Under the pieces are notes generated by a model. It made no database searches. It was given only the letters and a program-made list of their open reading frames with translations, and was not told where the DNA came from. Positions 53,437-61,864 of a stretch of 64,000 nucleotides of DNA are shown piece after piece. The stretch comes from Alphaproteobacteria bacterium. Lineage in GTDB: Bacteria; Pseudomonadota; Alphaproteobacteria; MPNO01; UBA830. The stretch lies in assembly GCA_022822405.1 (NCBI GenBank), contig JAJEBT010000113.1:12500-76499 (forward strand). Reading direction: 5' to 3'. The number at the start of each line of letters is the position of its first letter. Within the stretch, counting starts at the first letter, position 1. A program made the translations under genes and the position numbers.

Positions 53437-53669
53437 CGGCGGCCGGATCCCGCGGACCGGAGCGCCTGCGGCGTTCCCGAAGCGGGCCAGCGGGCCCACC
53501 GGCGGCGCCCCGGAACGGAGCTGCCAGCCCGCAATCTCCGATGCGGCTGCCGGCTCGAATCGGCAGCCCCTCCGCCACGCCGCATCGGCGCGCCTGATGC
53601 ATGTGTGCCGCCACATCCTATAATCGCGGAAGAGGGACGCAGACGCGCCGCCAACAGGGGAACGGGGTC

Positions 53670-54650
53670 ATGGAAGGCAAGATCGCGCTTGAGGAACACT
53701 ACGCCATAGAGGACACCCTCATGGATTCGGCAGGCTACCTGCCGGAGCACACTTGGGCGGAACTCTCCGCCCGCGTCCTCGACATCGAGGGCCGGCGCAT
53801 CGAGGAGATGGACAGGAACGGCGTCGAACTGATGATCCTGTCGCTGAACGCGCCGGCGGTGCAGGCGATCCCGGACCGCAGGAGGGCCAACGAGGTAGCG
53901 CGCAAGTCGAACGACGTGCTCGCAGAATGGGTCGAGCGTCATCCCGGACGCTTCCGCGGCTTCGCCGCCTTGCCGCTTCAGGATGTCGACATGGCCTGCG
54001 CCGAGATGCAACGCTGCGTCAACGACCTCGGATTCGTAGGCGCGCTGGTCAACGGCTTCTCGCAAATCGACGAACCGGACACAGCCTACTATTACGACCT
54101 GCCGCAGTTCCGGCCGTTCTGGCAAGTCATGGCCGAACTCGAGGTCCCGTTCTATCTCCATCCGCGCAATCCGCTTCCGAGCATGGCGCAGATCTATGAC
54201 GGCCATCCCTGGCTGATGGGCCCCACCTGGGCCTTCGGACAGGAGACCGCCGTCCATGCCCTGCGGCTGATGGCTTGCGGGCTGTTCGACGAACACCCGG
54301 ACCTGCAGATCGTCCTGGGACACATGGGCGAAGGGTTGCCGTTCAGCATCTGGCGCTGCGACAACCGCAACGCGTGGACCGAGGCGCCGCCAGCCTACCC
54401 CGCCAAGCGCACCTTCTCGGAGTATCTCCAGGAGAACTTCTACATCACCACGTCCGGGAATTTCCGGACCCAGGCACTGATCAACGCCATGCTGGAGGTG
54501 GGCGCGGACCGCATCCTGTTCTCGGCCGACTGGCCGTTCGAGAACATCGACCACGCCGCCATATGGTTCGACAGCTGCACGATCAGCGAAGCCGACCGCC
54601 GGAAGATCGGTCGCCTCAATTCACTGGAACTGTTCGGAATCGAACTCTGA
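53670..54650 (+). CDS. Amidohydrolase-family non-oxidative dihydroxybenzoate (gamma-resorcylate-type) decarboxylase
   Basis: MEGKIALEEH, SLNAPAVQAIPD, YLHPRNP, GPTWAF, GHMGEGLP, SGNFRT, FSADWPFE closely follow the Rhizobium enzyme as recalled. Confidence 0.88.
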   Translation: MEGKIALEEHYAIEDTLMDSAGYLPEHTWAELSARVLDIEGRRIEEMDRNGVELMILSLNAPAVQAIPDRRRANEVARKSNDVLAEWVERHPGRFRGFAALPLQDVDMACAEMQRCVNDLGFVGALVNGFSQIDEPDTAYYYDLPQFRPFWQVMAELEVPFYLHPRNPLPSMAQIYDGHPWLMGPTWAFGQETAVHALRLMACGLFDEHPDLQIVLGHMGEGLPFSIWRCDNRNAWTEAPPAYPAKRTFSEYLQENFYITTSGNFRTQALINAMLEVGADRILFSADWPFENIDHAAIWFDSCTISEADRRKIGRLNSLELFGIEL

Positions 54651-54706
54651 CCGGCACGGCCATGGCATTCGCCGGCAGCCGCCCACCGGCTGGTTTCGCT
54701 CGCCGG

Positions 54707-55195
54707 TCAGGCGCCGCAGCCGCTGCAGAGACCCTGAATCTCGATCGTCTGGCGCGAGACATCGAAGCCGGCGCTGGCCGTCTTTTCTGCTATCAGAAAG
54801 GCGATGTCGGGATCGTCGAGCTCCGCGGTCTGGCCGCACCCGGTGCAGATCAGGAATTGGCCGACATGCCCGCCCCCCGGCTTGCTGCAACCGACAAAGG
54901 CGTTCAGCGATTCGATCCTGTGCACGAATCCGTGTTCGAGCAGGAATTCGAGAGCGCGGTAGACGGTCGGCGGCGCTGTCTTGCGGCGCTCCTCTCGCAG
55001 CACCTCGAGAATATCGTACGCGCCGATAGGCCCGTGACGCTGCCACACGATCTCGAGAACCCGCCGACGCGTGTGGGTGAAGCGGAGATTGCGTTCGAAA
55101 CAGATCTTCTCGGCGGTCTTCAACGCATCGTCTATGCAATGATCATGGTCGTGATCACGCGAAGGAAAACCGCCCGCCAGAACTGCTTCCGCCAT
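54707..55195 (-). CDS. zur: Zinc uptake regulator (Fur family)
   Basis: HDHDHC N-terminus, GAYDIL, PPTVYRALEFL, HRIESLNAF, two CxxC. Confidence 0.88.
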   Translation of the reverse strand: MAEAVLAGGFPSRDHDHDHCIDDALKTAEKICFERNLRFTHTRRRVLEIVWQRHGPIGAYDILEVLREERRKTAPPTVYRALEFLLEHGFVHRIESLNAFVGCSKPGGGHVGQFLICTGCGQTAELDDPDIAFLIAEKTASAGFDVSRQTIEIQGLCSGCGA

Positions 55196-55377
55196 TGCAC
55201 CGATTCCGCCTCTTGGCTCACGATCCCGAGATCATACCACAATTGTTGCATCGGCACGCGCGAACGCGGTCTGGCGCGCATGGCGGCCCGTACGGTCGCG
55301 ACGCGACCGCGCGTCCGGCCGTACGGGACAGGGGGTCGCCAAGGCTCATTCACGAATCATCCACAAGGAGCAATCGC

Positions 55378-55980
55378 ATGAAACAGGCGCCCTGCCCCCC
55401 CGACATCGATCCGCAGTCGGGAAACAGGCTTCCATTGCCCGCGCGGGACGGACTCGATGACGCGGGACAACGTGTCTATGATCAGCTCGCCGACCCCGGC
55501 GGCGGCAGTCTTGCCGGACTTCGCGGGCCCGGCGGCATAAGGCTGCACAGCCCGGCGCTCTCCGCCTGCCTGCGCCCCGCCAACCTCTATCTCCGGGATC
55601 GGGCCGGCATCGATCCCCGCTGGCGGGAGGTCGCGATACTGACGACGGCGCGCGAACATGACTGTCGGTTCGAATGGGCCGCGCACGAGCCCGAGGCTCG
55701 CCGGGTGGGCGTCTCCGACGACGTGATCGAGGCGATCCGCACGCGCGGTCCTGTCGACGGGCTCGACGATCGCAGTGCGGCAATCATTGCCTTCGGACGC
55801 GAACTGTTCGGCAGACGCCAGGTATCGCCCGAGACCTACCGCCGGCTGGCGGATGGTCTTGAGCAGCGCCTGCTCGTCGATCTCGTTCACCTCATGGGCA
55901 TGTACGCAATGACCGCAGCCACGCTCATCGCGTTCGATGCGCAACTGCCCGCGGACGCGGAGGCCGATCCCCCATCCTGA
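55378..55980 (+). CDS. Carboxymuconolactone decarboxylase (CMD/AhpD-like) family protein
   Basis: RLPLP..REVAILTTARE..FEWAAHE. Confidence 0.85.
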   Translation: MKQAPCPPDIDPQSGNRLPLPARDGLDDAGQRVYDQLADPGGGSLAGLRGPGGIRLHSPALSACLRPANLYLRDRAGIDPRWREVAILTTAREHDCRFEWAAHEPEARRVGVSDDVIEAIRTRGPVDGLDDRSAAIIAFGRELFGRRQVSPETYRRLADGLEQRLLVDLVHLMGMYAMTAATLIAFDAQLPADAEADPPS

Positions 55981-56009
55981 CGACGGACGGGTGTCCGGAA
56001 TGCGCCGGG

Positions 56010-56543
56010 TCAGCCGTCCGGTTCGAGATCGACCTCAAGCGCGCCGAGCACCCTCACATGAGACACATAGGCACCGACGAGCATGGTCAGCTCGACGATC
56101 TCGCGATCGTCGAAATGCTCCCGAAGCGGCCGGAAGGCAGCTTCGGGCACTGCGGCCGCAGCCGCCATCGCATCAGCATAGGCGAGCGCGGCGCGTTCGC
56201 GCTGGTCAAACAGCGGAGAGTTGCGCCAGTCCTTCAGGGCCTCACAGGCCTCCGCCGAAAGACCCTCGGCTTCCGCGAGCTTCGGGACATGCTGGCGAAG
56301 CACGTAGGCGGACGCGGAAGCATGGGCCAGCCTTATGATCACGATCTCGCGCAGCCGTCCGTCGATCTCCGTCTCCCAGCGCACGGCGTTCACGTGCTCG
56401 AACCAGCTCTGCGCGAGCGGAGGGCTGTGCGCCAGCATGCGGTAGACGTTGATCACCCGGCCGCGCCGCCGGCCGCGAATGCGGGCCGCGAAATCGGCAA
56501 GGCCGGGTACATCCTCAGGATTGATCAGTGGCACGCGGGCCAT
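56010..56543 (-). CDS. Carboxymuconolactone decarboxylase (CMD/AhpD-like) family protein
   Basis: MLAHSP..LREIVIIR..YVLRQH..ERAALAYAD..EIVELT. Confidence 0.85.
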   Translation of the reverse strand: MARVPLINPEDVPGLADFAARIRGRRRGRVINVYRMLAHSPPLAQSWFEHVNAVRWETEIDGRLREIVIIRLAHASASAYVLRQHVPKLAEAEGLSAEACEALKDWRNSPLFDQRERAALAYADAMAAAAAVPEAAFRPLREHFDDREIVELTMLVGAYVSHVRVLGALEVDLEPDG

Positions 56544-56624
56544 AGCGGCAGGTTCACTCCGCCTCGCCGCTTTTCCTGCATCGCAAAGGTCGTAACTGCC
56601 TTCAACCAGAATGCGCTGAGGAGA

Positions 56625-56653
56625 AGGTTAGCGGCCCGAATCTAAGCTGTCAA
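56625..56653 (-). promoter_or_regulatory. Sigma70-type promoter facing the CMD gene, with a GANTC site in the spacer
   Basis: Minus strand TTGACA-N17-TAACCT; GAATC at 56638-56642. Confidence 0.6.
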
Positions 56654-56657
56654 CACG

Positions 56658-56688
56658 AAAAAGGGCGCCGGTGTGTAGCCAGCGCCCT
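56658..56688 (-). terminator. Intrinsic terminator on minus strand
   Basis: GGGCGCTGG-CTACACA-CCGGCGCCC followed by TTTTT. Confidence 0.7.
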
Positions 56689-56808
56689 CGATCGTGTAGA
56701 GAGAGTTTCGATCGGCCACCCCCCCCCCCCTCCTCCTTCCGCTCTTCGTTCTTCGGAGAGAAAAGGAAAGGGAAAAAGGCAGGACCAAAACGCTCACCCC
56801 TTCTGACA
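56658..56808 (-). ncRNA. Predicted counter-transcribed RNA (ctRNA) upstream of repC
   Basis: Promoter at 56843-56815, U-rich tract near 56760-56777 and strong terminator at 56658-56688; same location as ctRNAs of repABC/repC replicons. Ends approximate. Confidence 0.55.
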
Positions 56809-56862
56809 AGGTGAGATTTAACAGGTGTCCGAGTCCCTGTCAACAAGGGTGGCCGATCGAAA
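56706..56862. repeat. 16-bp perfect long-range inverted repeat flanking the ctRNA promoter region
   Basis: TTTCGATCGGCCACCC (56706-56721) and GGGTGGCCGATCGAAA (56847-56862). Confidence 0.85.
56815..56843 (-). promoter_or_regulatory. Antisense promoter in repC leader
   Basis: TTGACA-N17-TAAATC with GAGTC (GANTC) at 56831-56835. Confidence 0.65.
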
Positions 56863-56903
56863 AACTCTACCGGCAAAAAAATTTTCGGGCCGGCGTGCCG
56901 GTC

Positions 56904-58331
56904 ATGGACATCAGAGAAAATCCTCTTCGCGATCCGCCATCGGATCAGGAATGCAGCACTGGCGCCACTTTCTTCGCCGGGCTCCCCGACAGCATCGAAA
57001 ACCGGTTCGAGTTCGTGCGCCTGGCGCGAGAGATCGGGACGGCCGGCGGCTGGACGCCGGCGCTGGTCGAGCACCTCGAGTTGCTGCTGGAGTGGTCGCG
57101 CCCGCAGGACTGGGAGGCGAGCGCCAGGCCTGTCGTCTGGCTCTCGGTCAACGCGACCGCCGCGCAGCTCGGCGTGTGCCCGGCGACGGTCCGGAACCAT
57201 GAGCGGGCGATGGAAGCGCTCGGCGCGATCAAGGTCACGGCCGTGGGCAACGGGCGCCGCTGCGGACGCCGGGGCGAGGACGGCGCGATCGTCTGGGCCT
57301 GGGGGGTCGACCTTGCGCCGCTCCCTGCCATCCTGCCGCGGCTTCGAAAGGAGGCGGCCGAACAGCGCCGGCGCAACGACGTCTTCGTCCAGGCCCGGCA
57401 TGAAGCGCTGGATCTGCAGAGGCGTCTCCGGGAGGCGATAGACGCGGCCGTGGGCCGCGGCGCTGGCGATCGCGGTGCGCTCGCGCTCCGCGATCGGATC
57501 CGGCGGATCGGCCAGAAATGGGGGCGCCGCAGACGGATCGAGGGCGTCCTGGCCTGGTGCAGGATGCTCGAACGCCTGCTCGCCCTCGTCACGCGGGCGT
57601 TCGGCGGGCAGGCCGCACGCAGCGAGGACACCGTGGCCTCCCGGGGCACCGCCTTCGCCCGCTCGGTTGCGGCCGAAATCGCCGAATCGACTGCTTCGAA
57701 ACCGGCAGAGGGCGGCGGCCGAGAAGCCGAGGCTTCCAACTCTCGCAACGGGAATTTCCGGCCGATGCAACCGGATTTTTCGATGCAAGTTAATTACTTA
57801 CCTATTGCCGCTGATTCCTATCAGGTAAGCCCAGAGGCGTCCGACAAGGCGCCCTCGCAACCGCCAGGGCACGCCGCAGGGGGTAATGGCCTTCAAGGGA
57901 GGCGGACCGATGGCGCCCGAAACCCCGCCGGCGGCGGGGGCGGGGCGGCGAGGGCCCGAAACGAGAAGGTTCCGATCGCCGCGATAGCGGAACTGGCGGC
58001 TGCCAGCGACCTCGTCTGGGTCGCCGACCCTGACAACTGGAACGCTCTCGTCGACGCTGCCTACCGCGCCAGCGGCGTGCTCGGCATTCAGCAGGCCAGC
58101 TGGGCCGATGCGTGCCGGGTGCTCGGACGCTATCCGGCAGCCGCGGCGGTGATCTTGATCGCGCTCAAGTTCGAGCGGAACAAGGTCCGGCTGCCCGACG
58201 GCTATCTCCGGGCGATGACCTGTCGGGCGCTGGAAGGCCGGCTCCACCTGGCCACATCGGTCTTCGGCTGGCTGATCGAGGTCGGCAAGGCCGTGGCGCG
58301 ACCGGCTGGCCGCGGGGCCGCGGCGCAATGA
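56904..58331 (+). CDS. repC: Plasmid replication initiator RepC (repABC type, divergent)
   Basis: LELLLEWSRPQDWE..RPVVWLS..LGV..NGRRCGRR..AWGVDLAPL (RP-C domain); C-terminal LGIQQASWADACRVLG..AAAVILI..PDGYLRAM..G.LHL..SVFG. Confidence 0.85.
   Translation: MDIRENPLRDPPSDQECSTGATFFAGLPDSIENRFEFVRLAREIGTAGGWTPALVEHLELLLEWSRPQDWEASARPVVWLSVNATAAQLGVCPATVRNHERAMEALGAIKVTAVGNGRRCGRRGEDGAIVWAWGVDLAPLPAILPRLRKEAAEQRRRNDVFVQARHEALDLQRRLREAIDAAVGRGAGDRGALALRDRIRRIGQKWGRRRRIEGVLAWCRMLERLLALVTRAFGGQAARSEDTVASRGTAFARSVAAEIAESTASKPAEGGGREAEASNSRNGNFRPMQPDFSMQVNYLPIAADSYQVSPEASDKAPSQPPGHAAGGNGLQGRRTDGARNPAGGGGGAARARNEKVPIAAIAELAAASDLVWVADPDNWNALVDAAYRASGVLGIQQASWADACRVLGRYPAAAAVILIALKFERNKVRLPDGYLRAMTCRALEGRLHLATSVFGWLIEVGKAVARPAGRGAAAQ
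57740..57830. other. Candidate intragenic replication origin within repC
   Basis: AT-rich island (GTTAATTACTTACCTATT), imperfect direct repeats GCAACGGGAATTTC / GCAACCGGATTTTT 21 bp apart, GANTC at 57813 (and 57684). Confidence 0.5.
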
Positions 58332-58396
58332 GCTCCAAAAACACACAACAAGGGCGGCATCCCGCCGCCCGGAACTTCAACAAGGAGGAACTGACC

Positions 58397-59035
58397 ATGC
58401 GAATCATCTCTATCGTCTCCCAGAAAGGCGGCGCGGGAAAAACCACCCTCGCCGTCAATCTCGGCGCCGCGGCCGAGGAGGCCGGGACCAGGACCAGGAT
58501 CTACGACATCGATCCCCAGGGCTCGGCGATGACCTGGTTCGACCAGCGGAGGGGGCGTGCGCCGGCGGTCCGGATGGCGCTGCCGCACCGTCTGCCGGCG
58601 GATCTCGAGGAGGCGGAGGCCGACGGCGTTGAGCTGGCGATTGTCGATTCGGCGCCGCACGCGGAGAGCGCGTCCCTGACGGCCGCAAGGGTTGCCGACC
58701 TCGTGCTGATTCCCTGCAGGCCAAGCTTGTTCGACCTTGCAGCCATCGAGGCCACACTCGAGATCGCGCAGCTCTCCGGAACGGCCGCGGTGATCGCCCT
58801 GAACGCCGTTCCAGCCCGGGGACCGCTGGTCGGCGAGGCCACGGCGGCGCTGTCCCGCCGCGGCGTCGGGATCCTGGGGCATACCGTCGGGCAACGGCAG
58901 GCCTTTGTGCACGCACTCAACCACGGCCTCGGAGTGGTGGAGTACGAGCCACGGGGCAAGGCCGCGGCGGAGATCCGCGGCCTTTGGGAGGCCCTGGTGC
59001 GCCGGGAACGGCCGGACCTGCGGCTCGTCGGCTGA
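58397..59035 (+). CDS. parA: ParA family partition ATPase (short, no N-terminal HTH)
   Basis: QKGGAGKTT, DIDPQGS, IVDSAP, LIPCRPSLFD; AAGGAGGAA RBS. Confidence 0.92.
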   Translation: MRIISIVSQKGGAGKTTLAVNLGAAAEEAGTRTRIYDIDPQGSAMTWFDQRRGRAPAVRMALPHRLPADLEEAEADGVELAIVDSAPHAESASLTAARVADLVLIPCRPSLFDLAAIEATLEIAQLSGTAAVIALNAVPARGPLVGEATAALSRRGVGILGHTVGQRQAFVHALNHGLGVVEYEPRGKAAAEIRGLWEALVRRERPDLRLVG

Positions 59036-59069
59036 CACGCTGGGCCACCGAATTCCCTGGGAGGGGATC

Positions 59070-59987
59070 ATGAAGAGAAAGAGTTTTGCTGACGCAATGA
59101 ACATCACGCCCCAGCCTGCCGCTGATGGTGCGACGCCTCCGGCCGACACCTCGCGCGCGAGGCGCGTCATTCCGATCGCGCTGGCGGAAATCCACGCATC
59201 GGATCGGCGGCGGCCCGTCGACCCGGAACAGGTGCAGGTTATTGCCGAATCGGTCGGGGAGATCGGGCTGCAGTCGCCGATAGCCGTGCGGCTGGATCCC
59301 GCTGATGCGGCCGGCTATCGCCTCGTGGCCGGCGCGCACCGGATTGCGGCCGCGGCGGAGCTCGGCTGGACGAGGATCGACGCCCTGGTGGTCGACGGCA
59401 GCGACGATGAGCTCGCGCTGATGGAGATCGACGAAAACCTCGCGCGGGCCGAGCTGACGCCGCTTGACCGGGCGCTGTTTCTGGCCGAGCGCAAGGCGAT
59501 CTACCTGCGCCTTCATCCGGGGGCGGGAAAGCCCGGGCGGCCGAGGCAGTCGGCTAATTGTGCAAAGTTTGCACAATTTCAGCCGCGGTCCTTCGAGGAG
59601 GACGCGGAGAGGCAGGTTGGGCTGTCCAGGCGCGGCGTCTATCGGGCGCTGGAGATCGGCACCGGCCTCGTTCCGACGCTGGCGGAAGCGCTCCGTGACA
59701 CGCCGTTATCGCGCCGCGAAGGCGACCTTTTCCGGCTCGCGCGGATGCCCGCGGCCGATCAGGAAGCCGCGGCCGAGCGCATCCGGGCGGGCGACGAGGT
59801 GAAGCCGGCAAAACTCGGGGATGTCGTCAAGACGTCGCCGCGCGAGCGCCAGGCCAAGACGGCCCGGGATGACCTGGTGGAAGCCTGGAACCGGGCGCGG
59901 CCCGAAGAGCGCCGGTGGTTCCTGGAGTGGCTGCGGGAGCGAAACCAACGGGGCGGGCCGCGATCGCCGGAAGGAAGAGAACGATGA
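59070..59987 (+). CDS. parB: ParB/Srx-domain protein with HTH
   Basis: GLQSPIAVR..YRLVAGAHR (GxxR), EIDENLARAELT, VGLSRRGVYR HTH. Confidence 0.85.
   Translation: MKRKSFADAMNITPQPAADGATPPADTSRARRVIPIALAEIHASDRRRPVDPEQVQVIAESVGEIGLQSPIAVRLDPADAAGYRLVAGAHRIAAAAELGWTRIDALVVDGSDDELALMEIDENLARAELTPLDRALFLAERKAIYLRLHPGAGKPGRPRQSANCAKFAQFQPRSFEEDAERQVGLSRRGVYRALEIGTGLVPTLAEALRDTPLSRREGDLFRLARMPAADQEAAAERIRAGDEVKPAKLGDVVKTSPRERQAKTARDDLVEAWNRARPEERRWFLEWLRERNQRGGPRSPEGRER
59556..59578. repeat. Perfect 11-1-11 palindrome inside parB
   Basis: AATTGTGCAAA-G-TTTGCACAATT, AT-rich in a very GC-rich gene. Confidence 0.9.
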
Positions 59988-60274
59988 CCTATATCGAGGG
60001 CTTGAGCATGTACCTCGACGACGAGGCGACCAACGCCGTTGAGAAGGCGTTCGCGGTCGAGACCGCAAGCGGAGCGAACTTCACGCTGATCTATCGCCGC
60101 GCCGCGAGCGAAGAAATGCGCTGGATGGTGCGCGGGGCCGGCGGCACGGAGTTCCATTCGGATTTCCTTGATGCCTACAACGCGATGATGCTGACCCTGA
60201 CAGTCGGCGGAGCCGAGAGCCCGCACCCGCCTGAAAGGAGAGAAGGCGGGGGACTGACATGCACAGAGAGGTAA
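59984..60274 (+). CDS. Hypothetical protein
   Basis: ATGA overlap with parB stop, purine-rich RBS, non-shadow composition (MTYIEGLSMYLDD..). Confidence 0.65.
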   Translation: MTYIEGLSMYLDDEATNAVEKAFAVETASGANFTLIYRRAASEEMRWMVRGAGGTEFHSDFLDAYNAMMLTLTVGGAESPHPPERREGGGLTCTER

Positions 60275-60411
60275 CCGCGGGGATCGTGGAACAGCTGCGC
60301 AAGGGTGTGCGGCCGTGGACCGCGAGCGGTGCGCGGGGCCGGGCGTGGGAGCGCTGCGGCGAGGAGGATCGCCGCTGGTTCCTGGAGCGCATCCGGAAGC
60401 AAACCCGATGA
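60259..60411 (+). CDS. 50-aa mini-ORF: ArdC-like N-terminus fused to a copy of the ParB C-terminal motif
   Basis: MHREVTAGIVEQLRKGVRPW..AWERCGEEDRRWFLERIRKQTR; below ORF-track cut-off; GGGGGA upstream. Confidence 0.55.
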   Translation: MHREVTAGIVEQLRKGVRPWTASGARGRAWERCGEEDRRWFLERIRKQTR

Positions 60412-60475
60412 CGTGAGTGTATTCTGCGACGATTGCACCGGGGCCGGAGCCGAGACGAGCGAGGGGGATTGACTG

Positions 60476-61513
60476 ATGAGGTATCGCGTGATGATGGAGT
60501 GCGGCAAGGGATTCTGGATCTTCCTCGAGCCCAGAGCGCCGGCGAACGCGCCGTTGACGGCGCTCCTCGACGATTCGCCGGTCTTCCGGAGATTCGCCGG
60601 CCACCTCCTCGGCGATGTCGGTCCCGAGCGGGATCCGCGGCGTGCCGCGGAGCTGGCGCGAAACTGGTTCTATGGCGGCGGCCAGGCCGGGCACGAGATC
60701 GTCTCCGTGGAGGAGACCCGGATCTCGCCGCCGGCGGAGCATGGCAGGATCATGGTCGAGGACTTCGTCGACTACGATGTCATCCTGGGCCGGCCGTTCG
60801 CCAGCGCGGCGCTGGTGCTCGAGTTCCGGGCCGGGGACATCCGGACCGGGCCGATCGTGCTGCGGACGGCCGAGATCGACGGAATCCGCGGAGACGCGCC
60901 GGCGGGCGATGCCTGGAAGGCGGCGACGGTGAGCATCGAGGCGCCGCGGCAGATCGGCGAGGAGTGCATGGCCGGGCGTGTGCAGATCGGCATCATCGCG
61001 CATGAGCTCCTGCCCAGGATCGAGGCCTGGTGGGAGCTGGAACGGGAGGATCCGGACTGGGAGCGGCGGGCGGAGGAGTTCCGCGCGTGGTTCCGGGATT
61101 TCGACTGGACCGACGGGCGCCGGCGCCGCGAGCTGCGCGGCGTGGTGGCGCCCGAGGACTACGCGATCGCGTGCGACGGGCCCCTCGTGGCGGGCGACCT
61201 GATCCGGTGGGCGGAGGACGTGCCGGCGGGAGAGGACGGCGCGCGGCCGCTGGGGCCGAGGACGATCGAGGGCGAGATCCGGGAGTGCCGGACGGCCGCC
61301 GAGATCGCCGACGACGCATTGCTGATCCGGGTCGACGCTGCCGAGGGTGTGGAGCCGCCCCGGCCCGACGACGCGTTGACGCGCCATCATCGGGATCTGC
61401 TGAAGATCGGATGCCGGCGAGCGGAGGTGGACGAGGCCGCGCGCGAGGCCCTCGTCACCCACAGCGAGACCGCGCGCGCCGCGGTCCGCGAGGGCGGCAG
61501 ACTGGGAGCCTGA
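60476..61513 (+). CDS. Hypothetical protein
   Basis: 345-aa ORF with GAGGGGG RBS, same strand as module, high GC at third positions. Confidence 0.75.
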   Translation: MRYRVMMECGKGFWIFLEPRAPANAPLTALLDDSPVFRRFAGHLLGDVGPERDPRRAAELARNWFYGGGQAGHEIVSVEETRISPPAEHGRIMVEDFVDYDVILGRPFASAALVLEFRAGDIRTGPIVLRTAEIDGIRGDAPAGDAWKAATVSIEAPRQIGEECMAGRVQIGIIAHELLPRIEAWWELEREDPDWERRAEEFRAWFRDFDWTDGRRRRELRGVVAPEDYAIACDGPLVAGDLIRWAEDVPAGEDGARPLGPRTIEGEIRECRTAAEIADDALLIRVDAAEGVEPPRPDDALTRHHRDLLKIGCRRAEVDEAAREALVTHSETARAAVREGGRLGA

Positions 61514-61519
61514 CGGGAC

Positions 61520-61864
61520 ATGTCCGCGGCGGGGAAGTTCCCCGGTTGCGTCCTGCTGGTGAGGATAGATCCGGCGCGGCGCATGCGGCGCTACTATCGG
61601 ATAGAAATCAGCCCCAGCCTGATCGGCGGCTGGCTCATGGTCCGGGAATGGGGCCGGCTGGGATCCCGAGGCCGGACGCGGCGGCGGCATTTCGAGACCC
61701 GGGCCGAGGCCGAGGAGGCCATGGTGCGGCTGGAGCGCGAAAAGCGGCGCCGCGGGTACCGGGCGACATGGGAGGCTGGATCGAGGGAAGCGAGAAGTGG
61801 AAAGGGGGGGGGTATATACCTAAGTGACCAAATAAGCCGAGGCGGAGATTCCGGCCGCAGCTAG
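61520..61864 (+). CDS. Stand-alone WGR domain protein
   Basis: RIDPARRMRRYYRI..REWGRLG..EKRRRGY. Confidence 0.85.
   Translation: MSAAGKFPGCVLLVRIDPARRMRRYYRIEISPSLIGGWLMVREWGRLGSRGRTRRRHFETRAEAEEAMVRLEREKRRRGYRATWEAGSREARSGKGGGIYLSDQISRGGDSGRS

Noticed and set aside
56560-56660. attL site at the left edge of the element
   Set aside because: No tRNA end or direct repeat can be shown without the right boundary; serine integrase cores are very short.
59759-61690. 643-aa minus-strand ORF in the element
   Set aside because: Pro/Arg/Ala-rich, no motifs, antisense to RBS-supported plus-strand genes.
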